Positions 1 to 13,724 of a stretch of DNA of 64,000 bases are shown here, in pieces. The stretch lies in assembly GCF_009914755.1 (NCBI RefSeq), contig NC_060945.1. The stretch is one strand, 5' to 3'. This stretch comes from the human T2T-CHM13v2.0 reference genome, Homo sapiens. The notes under the pieces were generated by a model. The model ran no database searches and was not told where the DNA came from. It worked only from the letters and a program-made list of their open reading frames with translations. Every line of letters starts with the position of its first letter. The first letter of the stretch is position 1. A program made the position numbers and the translations under genes.

Positions 1-247
1 GCAGTCCCCTCTGCTCCCCCACAGCAAGTAGATAAACCTGCAGACAAAGTAGTAACATGTGTGAGGTACTCCAATGCCTGTCTGAACTTTTGAAAGCAAA
101 AATCAAAATGATTGCGGCTCCTCTTCTGACTTCAAATATTATGTGAAAATATGTCTTGTGGTCCACCCTATCCAAAAACACAGAGAGAAAGGAATTCTGA
201 GAAACGTGGCTAATCACAGTTCAATTGACATTTTACAAAGCCACCAG
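1..247 (-). mobile_element. Old ERVL-type LTR fragment (LTR33/LTR41-like)
   Basis: Ends ...ggaattctgagaaacgtggc...ttgacattttacaaagccacca, resembling the reverse-complemented start of these LTRs. Family uncertain. Confidence 0.4.
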
Positions 248-399
248 AACCAGTAACTTTGTTATCCTTGAGAACCACATGTGGAAAAGGGAGATAACTG
301 GGTTGGCGCAAGGCCACTCAGAGAACCCTCTTGAATGTGTAATGGTAGTATATGAATGCAGTCTTCAATTATATTTCCATAACAGTTAAATAGGATACA

Positions 400-635
400 C
401 TTTCATATGTCATTGGCCATTCTGACATTCCGTTTTCTGAAGTGCCTATTCAAGTATTTTGCTTTTGTGAGGGAAGGGGTGTGTCTTGGTCTATCACTCT
501 TTTATGGATTTGTAGGATGTCCTCACATTTATTTCAGATACGAGTCATTTGTTGACAAAAAAATAAAGATATATAGATATATATATCACATATCTTTTAG
601 TATTCTCTGGGTTGCCTATTTGTTGTCTTAATAAA
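400..635 (-). mobile_element. Old L1 (L1M) ORF2 3' fragment
   Basis: cattggccatt...tgaagtgcctattcaagtattttgc...gatttgtagga is typical antisense L1M sequence. Confidence 0.65.
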
Positions 636-2368
636 TGTCCATGACTTTTTGACTTATATAACAGGGAGCTCTAGATTTAATACGAAACCAAACACTTAAT
701 TGGAAAGTAGATCAAAATGGCGAATCCAATATATTAAAGAAAATATTTTTAATCTAGATAGACACACTTAAAATTACATGCCTAACAAATTATTATAGTT
801 TGTATAATTATACATTTTATAAATAATCTTTTAGAATATTTATTTTAAAATGTGTTTAATATGATTATTAAATGGTTACTATAATATGCAGAGCAAAAGG
901 GGAGCCTTAAGTCTTTTTTAAAAAACTAAAAATGTTTTTGATGAAAACTATTATTTAACTTCATAAAATGAAAACTAACATGAGAGGAACATAATTATAA
1001 GATAAACAGTGTCACATGGTATTAAAATAATAAAACACATATGCAATGGGCACTTTACAACACAGATAAATCCCCTCTAGGTTACTGTTAGGAGAGCCAA
1101 AGTAACATTTTGTATCTGATTTTATTTATTCAACTTTTTACTTCTTTTCTTGCTCATGAATTTTACATTCCTTTTCCCTCTCTTTCCCTATCCTTTCCTC
1201 ATCCTTTTCCTTATTTATGTACAAGTATCTCAGGATTTCTAATAAACTAAAGGAAAATCCATTACTTAAACAAGCTTCATCAGGCTCTTAGTGTAAAACT
1301 CTATTAGCTTTAATACAACACATGGCAATTTGCCCAAGGCAGTTTCTCTAATTCAGTGCCTAGAAATATCCAGTGATTTAACTTCAGTGTCTGAAATCAC
1401 CAAAGTACTTTCCCATTCCACCAACAGAATAAAGCTGACAGCTCATAAAAGCCATCTTTTGCCCCTTCTAGTTATTTTTCTAGTTAAAGATGAGCTCCAT
1501 GACCTAATTGCCATCCCTTTGCATTCTAATCTAGTATTTGAGGACAGCAATAAAGATGTAGGTTGTTTCTTATGGATAATTTCCTAAAAATTGAGTGTTT
1601 TTAAGTATGAACCTAATATATTTCCTGAAGGACTTAAAGCCTCCTTGTGGTTTATTGGTTTGTTTTAGAAAAAAAAAATTGACTTTCTAAAATAAAATAT
1701 CTATCCACATCGAAACTAGTAGGGAAATTGATATCAAAATTGTCCTCATAAAGGAGGGGACTATATCCATCAACAAAATTCATCTATCAGTGTTCCTATT
1801 TGCATGACCAAGAACATCCAAACTGACTTGATAACAAAATGTGTAATTAAATGTTTGATTTGATAAATTCATCAATTTACTCAAGTTACGCATAGACTGG
1901 TTGGGTCACTGCTGAATAAGCCAACACAAATATTGCTGGCATAAGTTGAGACACCACTTATAACTTGGGTACAATTCGGCTACATCGTTTGCTTCATAAA
2001 GTATTGCTTGACCCAAGAAACTATCAATTCATATATCCTATCCCAATATATAGCTCAGCTGTGGAATGTCACAGGGCTTCAAAAAAGTAGACGCTTCCCA
2101 GCCTTAAAAAATATGCAACCACTCAGCACAACCCAGCCCAATCCCCTTGAGCCTTCTCAAGTTCCCATGACACTTTCTTAAAGTCATTGCACCCACATTC
2201 ACATTTGCTATTGTCAGAAGAACAAAGAAATCTCTATTGTACTTTGCAAGTGACTGCAATCTGCTTCTCATTACACCTAGGTAACCGTATTAACATCAGA
2301 ACACCGTAATCCCTACCTACACTCCAATCTGTTCAGCAGCATCTATCCTTGAGAGGTTCAAAGGTATT

Positions 2369-3247
2369 TGAGATATAGGAAAAACCAAAGTGTTTTCTCT
2401 ACTCTCCCACACCACTCCCCACTCAACACAGTACTTCTCCTCCAACATAGATGAGTGACTTTTGTTTTTGCTCTTTCTACATATTAATCTATTTTCCAGC
2501 AAAGACCAACTGGGTGTTTTATAATTTAATTCTATTCTGACATTATCTATCACAGTCTGCGTGGAGTTAGAGTCAAATCTGAGAAGTTATGGGCTCAGTC
2601 TTCGTCTGCAAAGACTGGGCCTGCTTGGGCTGCCAGTTGTAAGTCCCAGGTTGTGACTTGCACTTCTGCCCAACTTCTGGCTATAAATCAGGGGTTTCCA
2701 TAATCCCTTCCTTGGATTTGATTAATTTGCTAGAGCACCCCTCAGAACTCAGTGAATAAATTACTTATATTTATCTATTTATTATAAAGAATAGTATTAA
2801 TACAAAGTATACAGATGAACATCCAGACGAAAAAGATGCATAGGGTAAGGCCTAAGAGAAAAGGCATGAAGTTTCCATTTCCTCCTTGGGTGCACCCCCT
2901 CCAGGCACCTTTGTGTGTTCAGCAGTTCAGACGCTCTTCCCCAACCCAATCTTTTTGAATTTATATGCAGGGCTTATTTCATAGGCATGACTGATTAAAT
3001 CATGGGCCACCTTCTCCTCCCTGAAGTTCAGAAGTGGCAGTGAAAGTTCCAACCCTCTAATCACAAGGTTAGTTTCCCTAGAAACCAAACCTCACCTGAG
3101 GCTATCCAGTAATCCTTAAAGAATAGCTTCATTAGAGCAAAAGAGGCTTCTATCACTTCCAGGAAACTCCAAGGAATTTAAGCTGTTTCCCAGGAAATGG
3201 TGAAGAAGATCACATATTCATGTTTTTATATAAATCACAATATTACA
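2369..3247 (-). mobile_element. MER21-family solo LTR
   Basis: Reverse complement starts tgtaatattgtgatttat and ends gagagtagagaaaacactttggtttttcctatatctca; about 880 bp. Confidence 0.8.
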
Positions 3248-4269
3248 AATAGTGATAAGATTGTCAATCAGGAACCAAACAATAGCTCCAATTTGCTTCC
3301 AATCAGTCCAGAGATAAATGGGTGCTAAGTCACAGCTATTCTCTAGATTATCTAATGTAGTCTTTAGACAGGGCCTAAAATCAATAAGCATCTAATTTAT
3401 CTTCTCCAGACAAAATAGGTCATGTGGTCTCTCCCAGTATGAGCTGTGTGTTTTGCTACATGTGAGACAAAAGTACCTAAGCATATTGTTATTTTTTGTA
3501 GATATTCTTTCAGGTAAAGAGCTACTACTTTTTTCCTGACATCATGATCTGTTTTTGAATTTTGTTGCCTTGTCTGTCATAGTCCCCCTCTTTCATATTC
3601 TAATAATTTTTATCCATATCCTTCTTCCTCCAGTAGAATATTCTGGTTCAGAAATACTGGCTACCATTGAGCTGGCAATAACATTGTTAAAGCAGGACTT
3701 CTTCCTTCACCCAATTTCCAGTGTGATTTGAGAGGTAAAAATTACAAGAATGTCCCTGAAACTTGGCAAGGGGATCACATTCACAATTAGCCTCAATTTA
3801 GCAATAAAGAATGAGGTTCAATCCACCCCCAACGTTCCATTTGTACCATATGGAGTCCAATACAGTGTTGCAATTGTCATGTTATATACAGTGATGCCTC
3901 CTGATACTTGTACAAGAAAGCAAATCTCTTGCCCTGAAATAAACTAGAATAAAATGAAAGAAAAAAAATCTGAGATAAAGAAGATATACATATGGGTAGT
4001 TTTGTCATCTCCCACCCCATCATTTCTCTGTCTTGTGGAGTAGCCCCTAGAGCACCTCTCATATCAACCTAAGACATTGATTTTCTTGGGCATTCTTTCA
4101 AGCTCCTTTCTTCTTCTATTTTACATAATATCTTTTATTTGCACATTCCGATTTTTAAAAGACCACTGCTACATTGTTGATATGTCGAATGTGAGATGTC
4201 CTTATGTATATTTTTTCCTTATATTTTTATGACAGTTTGTTGCTGTTGTTAGTGGCAAAAAAATACTGT

Positions 4270-5590
4270 CAATATATAAGCAAAACCATTCAGAGACAAA
4301 ACTGTCATCTTTACTAAACTGAAAGAAGAACTATTTTACAGAAGCTCTATAGGCTTAAATAAATGATGTCACACAGAAACCCAGGAAGAAAGAAGACCAG
4401 AAAGTCTAAATATGTTAGTAAATATAAATGATCTATGTTCAAGATCAGTGGCTTTCAACCACAGATGAGGGCAATTTTGTCCCCCTCTTCATAGAGGGCA
4501 GTGTTTGGAAACATTATTTTTATTGTTATGACTGGAGTGAGGAAGGGATTTGCTACTTATATCTAATGGGAAGAGACCAGGAATGGGGCTGAACATACTA
4601 CAATGTACAGGATACTTCTCCCCAACAACAAAGAAGCATCAAGTACAAAATGTCAATAGTGACAAGGTTGAGAAACTCTAGTCTCTTTCAATGTACGTCT
4701 CCTTAAAGACTGTTAGCTGCTAAAGCAAAGCCAAAAAATGTGTAAAAATAGAAATATAAAAATAAATATACAACAGTTCGAAATGCAGTAAGTAGTGATA
4801 GATTGTTATAAAATTATTAAAAAGATGAAGTAATATAATTCTTGTAATAGAAACCAAATGAATTACAGATGTGTACTGAAATCTCTAAAGGACCCATCAT
4901 AAAATAACACAAATAGGCTTAGCTAAAAAACTTATCAGAGGAGATAAAATGGAACAATGAACAATATTTGATTCAACTTTCAAAAGGCAGCACATAAATA
5001 ATAAAACAAAGAGCAAATGAGAAACATAGAAATTAAATGTCAACAAGTGAACTTAAATCAAAATATGTCAATAACTGCTTGAATGTAAATAGCCTACAAA
5101 CCTAACTAAAAGGCAGATATTGTAAGGACTGGTAAAAATGTAAGACCTTATATGTTATTCTCCCCTCTCCCCTCAAAAATCACAATTGATACCTAAGGAC
5201 ACAAACAAATTGAAAGTAATACCAAAAAAAAATACATGCAAAAACTATAGGTAAGAAACCTGTTGCGACTATACTAGAATTAGAGAAAATAGATTGTCAA
5301 GACCAGAAAATTACTAGAGATTTTAAAAGTACATTTCATAACATAAAAGATCAATTGATCAAGAGAATATAAATACTGTATGTTTGTGCACTCAATAACA
5401 AAGTTCCCAAGTATATGAAGCTAAACTGACAAACTTTAATCCCTTCTCTCTGATGAATTGTAAAAGTAGACACAAAGTGGGCAAGGATATGGAAAATTTG
5501 AAGAACACTATTAACCAACTTGACTTAATGAATGTATATAAAACACTACACCAAACAAAAGAAGAATACACATCCTTCTGAAGTGGAAGA
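4270..5590 (+). mobile_element. Old L1M fragment (ORF1 end, inter-ORF, ORF2 endonuclease start), interrupted by MER20
   Basis: A-rich L1-like motifs: gaatgtaaatagccta...aaaaggcagatattgt, cttgacttaatgaatgtatataaaacactacacc, agaatacacatccttct. Confidence 0.65.
4446..4680 (+). mobile_element. MER20 (hAT-Charlie MITE)
   Basis: cagtggctttcaacc...aaaatgtcaatagtgacaaggttgagaaactct matches MER20 termini and core. Confidence 0.85.
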
Positions 5591-6059
5591 AAAGTTAGGA
5601 AGTATAGAATAATAATACTAGACAACTAGAGAAAAAATGGAAATAATGCTTTGCTATGAAAATCTAGAGGTCATGAGAATTTCAAATATTTTCCTCATGA
5701 ATATATATCTTTCAAGTATGTTGAAAGAATAAAAATAAATTAATGAAATCATATGAGGGAATTGTATTGAAAAAGCTTACTGACATTAAAATATGGCATA
5801 AAGTGCACTGATATAAGTATATATGAACAAATTTAAGATATTTAGAAAATATTTAGAGGAGTTACAGTAAATGTATATTAATACATTAGCAAACGTTGAT
5901 TTTGATGGTTTTGAACAATGGGGGCTGAGTCCTATAAATTTTTGGCAAGAGGAAATTGCATTGCTTTCACGTTAAAAGAAGATCATAGTCCATAATAATA
6001 GAAAGTATATGGTGAGATTGATCCAAAGTCTCATATGGAGGCATATTTTTTAAAAATCC

Positions 6060-6364
6060 AGCCAGGTACAGTGGCTCATGCCTACAATTCCAACATGTTG
6101 GAAGGCTGAGACAGAAGGATTGCTTCAGCCCAGGGGTTTGAGAGTAGCCTGGGGAGTATGATGAGAGCCCATCTCTACAAAACATTTAAAAACTAGCCAA
6201 GCATGGTGGCACATCCCTGTGGTCTCATTTACTTGTAAGGCTGTGGCAGGAGGATCCTTTGAGCCCGGAGGTGGAGGCTGCAGTGAGCTGTGTTCACTCC
6301 TCTGTATTCCAGCCTTGGTGACAGAGTAAGACCCTGTTTCCAAAAAAAAAAAAAAAAAAAAAAA
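6060..6364 (+). mobile_element. AluJ
   Basis: Full dimeric Alu, J-type ggattgcttcagcccagg / ggatcctttgagcc, poly-A tail. Confidence 0.95.
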
Positions 6365-7289
6365 CCCACAAGGAAACAATAAAATTGGATATGCATATTA
6401 TGAATAGATATGCAATATACATAAATTTATCAATTAATTAGTTTCATTTTAAATCAAAAATTATATAATATGCTTCTTTGTATTGTCCCAGGACTTTGAA
6501 TATATAGTAATTATATATTACTTTGAAATATTTTGCTAAACAAGACACTAATGACAGTAATGTAATTATTTTTCTTAGTAAGAGGTCTTACATGTGCTAG
6601 CTAAGCATTTGTTGACTGAACGAATGTATTTTATCCATGTTTATCTTGAAGTTTAGAATATATAATTCCATTAGGGCCAACCATCATTGAGGTCATTGTG
6701 ATATTGCTATTTTAAGAACATATTAGTTTGCATATTCAGTTTATTTTGAACAAATGCATAAAGTATCAGAAAAACACAAATAAACTCTCTAAATGCAACT
6801 GTTAAAAAAAGAAATTACCACAGAGCATGCAATTATTGCATTATAACCATGAAAAATTAAATTACAGTTTCTGTTCAGTATTGAATTTTTCACTTTTTGA
6901 TATTAGAGATAAATCACATTTTAAATTTAATTAGTGGCAATACGATAAGAGAAGTTTTTGAAGTCAATTTTTTCAATTAAAATGAAAATTTGAAGAAATA
7001 GCAAACACAGAGCAAATTTTCTCACTGTTCTTTATTGAAAATATGCCTATCAATAATTAAAGGGTTATTTTATGACACATTGTGCCTTGCATAAATCTCC
7101 CATGTGACTGTTATTTGTAATCCTCACAATAATCACTTAGACAACTTTGGCCTATAAACACTTAAGATCAGTAGTAAAACAAAGACATTTATGTCAAATA
7201 TTGACATGTGTATAGCATGTCTATTTTATGTTTATTTCATCACACCCTTCTGAAGGATGTCTTTATTCAGCCATAGAAACACAAGATAA

Positions 7290-7425
7290 TACAAGTCAAG
7301 GACACTTTAGAAACCATAAAATCTAATCTTATGTTAATTTTAAAACACAGAAAACTGAGGTTCTAGAGAAGATAAATGACTTGAACAAGGTCAGGAAGCT
7401 AATCTAGGGCAGAGCAAGGAATCAT
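7290..7425 (-). mobile_element. MIR fragment
   Basis: cagaaaactgaggttctagagaagataaatgacttgaacaaggtca is the antisense MIR core. Confidence 0.6.
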
Positions 7426-8586
7426 ATGTAAACGTGAAAAAATGACTAACCTCTTTTATGTTGGGCAAAGAACTGTGTAAATTTTCTCGGCATGCATGAG
7501 TGATTTTCAATCTGGTAACTCCGTCATAAAATTCAACAAACTTGTCAGCACCAAGTTGTTTCAGATTTTACATAGCATGTTGATCACAATTCATTAATAA
7601 TTTCTTTCCATTATGAATTTAAAATATAATTAAACATTGATAGTCATTATCAGGACTGAACACATGGTGTATGCATTGCCATTTCTGCTGGTAAAGTCAG
7701 CATCTGAGCTGTTCTAACGATAAAAGGGGAAAGAACAAACAAAGTGAAGAGAGTTGACATCCATGTGATGCTGAAAATATTACGTTATAAAGCTGGCTGG
7801 ATATCTGAAAGTTACAGACCTAGAATTCCGCTTCCAAGTGAAAGCGGCAGCTGGCTGAAGAACAGTGGACAAAGAGAATGATGAATCAAATCAAGGTTTG
7901 ATGTAAAGTAGAACACAGGGAGCAAACATTTTAGTTCTTTTGTGGTAAGATTTATTTCCTTCCCGTTTTTCAGAGAGTAAAAAACTGCTTCAGAATGCTA
8001 TGCACACTATTGTATCCTGCCCACTGAATTTCCTTCTTTACGCTTTTTTCTCATTTATTTCCCGTGAGACTAAGTCCTACCTCCTAGTCCTGTGCATAGT
8101 GTCCAAGCGGTTGCATTTATTTATTCTGAAAGGAAAGTTTGTAAAGAAAGTTGTAGGAAATGGGAAAAAAAAAGATATCATATTCTTTCCTTTTTTCACT
8201 TCAGCTGCAAGACACAAATAAAATATTTGGGTAAATATTACTCGTTTTGTTCAAAATATGTTTTTCTAAAAAAATGTGTAATTACGTTGTGATAATTTTG
8301 GAGATTTATGGTGATGCAAAAATAAAGAATTGGTGTTAGGATATTTGAATTTTATTAATGTTAGTCATTTCCTTAGATGAAAATTAAAATGAAGAGCTAA
8401 AAAGTATGACGTTGCTAAGTGTTTTTTATCGTTTAAAAATTTCTAGCAAATCCTTCTGTAAAAGAAAGGTGTTCATTATGCAAAAGGTTACCAACAAACT
8501 CTTTTAAATGTATTCATTTTTCTTGTACTTCAAAGGTTGTCATCAAATATTTTAATTAGTAAGTGGGATATAATAATCTAAAGGTG

Positions 8587-8891
8587 GGCTGGACGTGGTG
8601 GCTCACACCTGTAATCCCAAAACTTTGGGAGGCCAAGGCAGGTGGATCACAAAGTCAATAGTTGGAGACCAGCCTGACCAACATGGTGAGACGCTGTCTC
8701 TACTAAAAATACAAAAATTATCTGGGCATGGTGGCAAACACCTGCAATCCCAGCTACTCAGGAGGCTGAGGCTGGAGAATCGCTTGAACCCAAAGGTGGA
8801 GGTTGCAGTGAGCTGAGATTGTGCCACTGCACTCCAGCCTGGGCAACAGAGCAAGACTCCGTCTCAAAATAAATAAATAAATACAATAATA
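8587..8891 (+). mobile_element. AluS (Sg/Sc-like)
   Basis: Full Alu; TSD ataataatctaaaggtg (8570-8586) / ataataatctaaaagtg (8892-8908). Confidence 0.95.
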
Positions 8892-9997
8892 ATAATAATC
8901 TAAAAGTGTTATTCCAGTTGATCACTGCTCTCACTTCAAGAAACAGTTGAATTAGTTTCCATATTTTAACCTATATCATATATGATAAGCCCCGTACTAA
9001 AAAAATTACAACCTGATCTTGGCTACAACATGACCATAACATCTTAGCAAAACAGAGGCTGCAGGAAAAGTACAAGAAACATTATCTAGACCAAATGTAT
9101 GTGAACTTTTAAAAAATTAGTCACTGTCAGTAGGCCTGTAGCTATGAAAGTCATATTAAGAAAAGAAAATAATACAAAGTTGAGTCACTGAAATGCAATT
9201 CACATTTGATTCATAACTTAAACCTTTTATTAATTATTGCTTTATCACTTAAAATATGAAGAACTGGAAATTCTACATTATCCAGTGATCTGTATTTTAA
9301 AGGTGTTATTTTACCGATATTTGACATTTGATTCTAGGTGCCTTAAAATGTATCATATAATATTGAAGCCATTCTCTACCAAAGAAACCAGATTGATGAA
9401 AAGCTATGGATTAGATCTCCTGTTATTCCCTCTACTATTCCAGAAGTACTTATAATACTAAAAGAAACAAATACTCATTCTTAGAAAATTTTTCTAAAAT
9501 TTTATCATTTCCAAATTTTAGGAATGTTGTAGCAATCACTATAGATAAGAGGCAGTGTGACAGTTTGTAAGTTAAAAAAAAAGAAAATAAAATAACACTG
9601 CACTAATTTGAACATATTTAGAGATGAATAGCAAACCAGAGGGAAGAGACCATGATCAGGAAAATCCTTGATAATAAACAATGAAGAAGTATTTCAGGCA
9701 GTTCTTCACAGTGTGATGTATATGTGATTATTATCTTTCAGTGTGAACAAGACTCCAAAACTTTACCAGAAAGAGAGAGGGGATGTGGCCTACTAGCTTT
9801 TCGCAAAGTTACCCCATTGTTAATCTTCTTTGTTCCTTTAAGGATAAAAACACTGTGTATGGTAGCAGGATGAATGATCAAGCTAGATTTGGGGAACGGG
9901 AGGAAGTAGGTGTTTTCCTCATATATCTTTGATAAGAAGTATGAAAGTAATTTTGTTGTTGCCAAGTTCACATATAAATACACCTGTTTTAGAGATG

Positions 9998-10342
9998 CAG
10001 CCATGCATTGTTTAAAAATGGAGATATGTTCAAAGAAATGTATCATTAGAGTATTTTGTCATTGTGTGAACATCATAGAGTGTGCTTACACAAAACAAGA
10101 TAATATAGCCTACTACACACCTAGGCTATATGGTATATCTTATTGCTCCTGGGCTACAGGCCTTGACAGCGTGTTATTGTACTAAATACTCAAGCAATTG
10201 TAGCACACCGAAGTATTTTTGTATCTAAACATATCTGAACATAGAAAAGGTACAGTAAAAATATGATATTATAATCTTATGGGATCACTGTCATATATGT
10301 GGTCTATTGTTGACCAAAGCATCCTAATGTAGTGCATGACTA
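9998..10342 (-). mobile_element. Tigger3a (MER7A; TcMar-Tigger MITE)
   Basis: Terminal inverted repeats (TIRs) cagccatgca / tgcatgacta; internal tagcctactacacacctaggctatatggtata and aaaggtacagtaaaaata. Confidence 0.85.
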
Positions 10343-10903
10343 TAGCTTATTAATGTTAAAAATTAATATTGGGGAATTAAATATATATTTCATACCATGA
10401 ATCATAATAGTATACTTCTCTGAATGATATAAGCCTACTATCTTTGGGTTTAATTTGTTTTCATCCATGCTTGCTCAAAAGAAAAATCAGCATTGCTTGT
10501 TTCTCTGCTTTATTGAAACTGTAATTTGAGATGGAATGTCATTGCATCTCATTGATTATTATTTTTATAACTATTTAAATACTTTTTTGTGTATATACAT
10601 TTATATATATTTGTGTATTTCATAAATATCTATCATCTATCTTGACATGTTTAACTTTTTTCTGCTAAAATATTCTAAAACCTAATCATGAATTTGAGTT
10701 TGAAGGTTAGCATGAAGATTTTTGTTGATGTGAAACATTTTTATTTCTTTTTTCAGCTAAACATTTGTTTGACAACATGCAAGTTCACTTTGAAAACCAG
10801 AAAGATTAAGTGCCTAAAATTTAAATACAGCAGCATTTTCAACAGAGCATGCTGTGGCAATATAATGCATTTAGAATTAGGATTACAGAGGTGAATTTCA
10901 CTT

Positions 10904-11003
10904 CATATTCAAATCACATTCTAACTAGAGTGATAATTACATAACCCAGTGTCCATATTCAAATTACAATCTAACTAGAGTGATAATTACATAGCCTGAT
11001 GTC
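10904..11003. repeat. Tandem duplication, 2 x 50 bp
   Basis: catattcaaatcacattctaactagagtgataattacataacccagtgtc followed by a copy with 6 mismatches. Confidence 0.95.
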
Positions 11004-11264
11004 CAGAATTAAAGAGAAGAGTTACTCAAAGTCAACCAGTATAATGTATATATAGAAGTAAATGTATGCATGAGAGTGCGCATGTGTATATGTTTTAACC
11101 CCATCAGAAACTGGATTTCTTATTTTTCATAATTTTTAGAGAGTATGCATCTTAGTAAGTAAAAACAACTACAGCATTGACTAACAAATGGTAGCATTAA
11201 GAATAAATAAACTCTCTACCAATATTACCAGGAAACATTAGAGCAATTAGAAATAAATATAAGA

Positions 11265-11545
11265 TGGTGCACAGAAAGAACATACACACCGTGGTCAAAT
11301 AGATCTGAATTAGATATTCTAATACATAAAAATGTGAGTTCATGTAGCAATAACTTAACCTCCTTGAGCCTCATTTTTTTCATTTTAAAAATATGGATTA
11401 TAAAAGTCTCTCAAGATTGTTAGCAGAATATAAATCATAGATAACAGATGATAGATAAAAATATAGTTTGTATTTATAACCCTTAGCTAGAATTTATAGA
11501 TTATCACAGGAATTTACTACATAGTTGCTACAGTTATTATTACTA
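11265..11545 (+). mobile_element. MIR
   Basis: taacttaacctccttgagcctcatttttttcattttaaaaatatggattata core, with a ttattatta 3' end. Confidence 0.65.
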
Positions 11546-11610
11546 AGTGTATTACTTTTAAGTCTTTGTTATTTCAAAGTGTCATTAACTAATATCTATT
11601 GAACAACACT

Positions 11611-11911
11611 GATTGACTGATTGATTGATTGAGACAGAGTCTTGCTCTTGTTCCCCAGGCTGGAGTGCAGTGGCACGATCTGCTCACTGCGACCTCCGCC
11701 TCCCGGGTTCAAGCAATTCTCCTGCCTCTGCCACCCAAATAGCTGGGATTACAAGCACCTGCCACCATACCCGGCTAATTTTTGTATTTTTAGTCGAGAC
11801 AGGGTTTTGCCATGTTGGTCAGGCTGTTCTTGAACTCCTGACCTCTGGTGATCCACCCACCTCGGCCTCCCAAAGTGCTGGGATTACAGGCATGAGCCAC
11901 CGCGCCCAGCC
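11611..11911 (-). mobile_element. AluSq/Sp-like with (AATC)n tail
   Basis: Full antisense Alu with the tcttgctcttgtt diagnostic; degenerate TSD ttgaacaacactgatt / ttgagcaacattaatt. Confidence 0.95.
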
Positions 11912-13724
11912 TTGAGCAACATTAATTAAACATATACTATATTTGTCAGAAATTCAGTTTATTACTACAGGAATAAAGCCAATGGGTTATGGTGCTCAAA
12001 TTTCTCATGTTCTTAGTTCAGTTCCTCTACAATATTTGACTAAGTATATATTCTGATAATTAAATATTCTAATAGAGACAGTATCTGTAGCACACGTACC
12101 TCTAATTTTAAATAATTGCAATGCAAATAATAATTTATAAATAAACATATTATTTCATATATCAGTGACTATTCAGAAAATACTTGGTTATGATTACAAA
12201 CTTCTTTCATTTTGCAATGAAAATGAGTAATGAAACATTGGTGAATGTATTTTAACACAGAAATACCTCTTGCAAGTTGTTATTTGAATAATTCAATATC
12301 ATTAACAGTTTAAAGTTTCATTGGCTCTTTCTACTGTATAGTTGAACTTTCATGATTAATAGGAAAGGACTCCATGTTGCCAAATATAACTCAGCCAATT
12401 ATAACATTTGAATTAAAAAGTGAGTTTTATTTCAATTTTCTTTCAAGTTAATTCTGATTTAAGATTTTATTTTCTTCTATAATTAGTTTAAGTAGGTGTT
12501 TTTGCAACACACATTTAATTATTGTAACGAATAACTAAATTTTAATAGAAGAAATTGCATAGTTTTGTTCTGGAACAACAGTTTTTAATGTCAAATTAAT
12601 GATTTATACATGTATTGCGTATGCATACTTTAATAATGGTAGAAATTGACATTTTTAATTTTATGTATGAATTCTATATTCTAAATTTTGCATGAATTTG
12701 CATTGACATTTAAATCTAGAGTTTATCATATGGAATGCTCAATAATGTAAAAATAATACATTTATTTTTAGTTTTTTTATGAAAGCCTTATCCTTAGGAT
12801 ATATAGATAATCAAAATAATAAGAACTATCATTATTGCTTTTATGTATTTCCACTAAAAATAAGGCAGTTTATATCTATCTAGTATTTATCATAGACATG
12901 GTTACTTGTGTGTTAATTTTATTATTTTCTTAATCTCAAAAGTGATACATGGATACCCAAGTAAAGTTACATGAAAGCAGCTAAGCAATTTTTTAATGAT
13001 CAGCAGAAAACCAAGTTTAATGTGAATAAAATAAAAAGCAGTGATAAATAGGACAAAAGAGGGGGAAGACGAAATCCTGAATGGCTATTACAAAAGACTC
13101 CCAACACAGGACATTAAAATGGGAGCCACTGATGAGTTCAACAGATTCCAAGGATTCACTACTATCTTTAAATCTGTTGCTAACCTCAGGGAATATTTAT
13201 TTATTTATTTATTGTCGGGGGGTGTTTTTTCCTTTTCTGATAATTAGGTGGAATGATTTACTGCTGAAACTGAAAGAATACAGACAGAGCAAGAAAAGCA
13301 CACCAGGATTTCATATAAACAGGGAAAAAATCTGAAGAGAAAAGGCATACAAATATTTCTCTACTATCTGGATAAACAAACATGCTTTGTGCAGGAAATG
13401 TAACAAATTAACAGATGAGGAACAGTAGCAAAATATTCCAAGAAGTATTGACACAAATATAGTTGAGTTACTCACAACATTCAAGCTACAGAAAAGTAAA
13501 TAAAACTGTTGACTTTTAACTAGAGGGAATCAAACTCCATTAAATATAATGCAATGATAGTAAAGGAAAATTAATTTGATAATAGATTATTTGGTGAAAG
13601 TTGATTATGTTAAGCATAATACAAATTCTTGAAATATATTACAAACACGAAAATTTAAAATTATCTAGCACATAGAAGAAATGCAAAGAATCCATCCGAG
13701 AAGGAACGAAAGAAGATAATACTG

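Noticed and set aside
13041-13247. Hydrophilic 68-aa ORF in unique DNA
   Set aside because: GTG start, no recognisable homology, and no supporting splice or promoter context.
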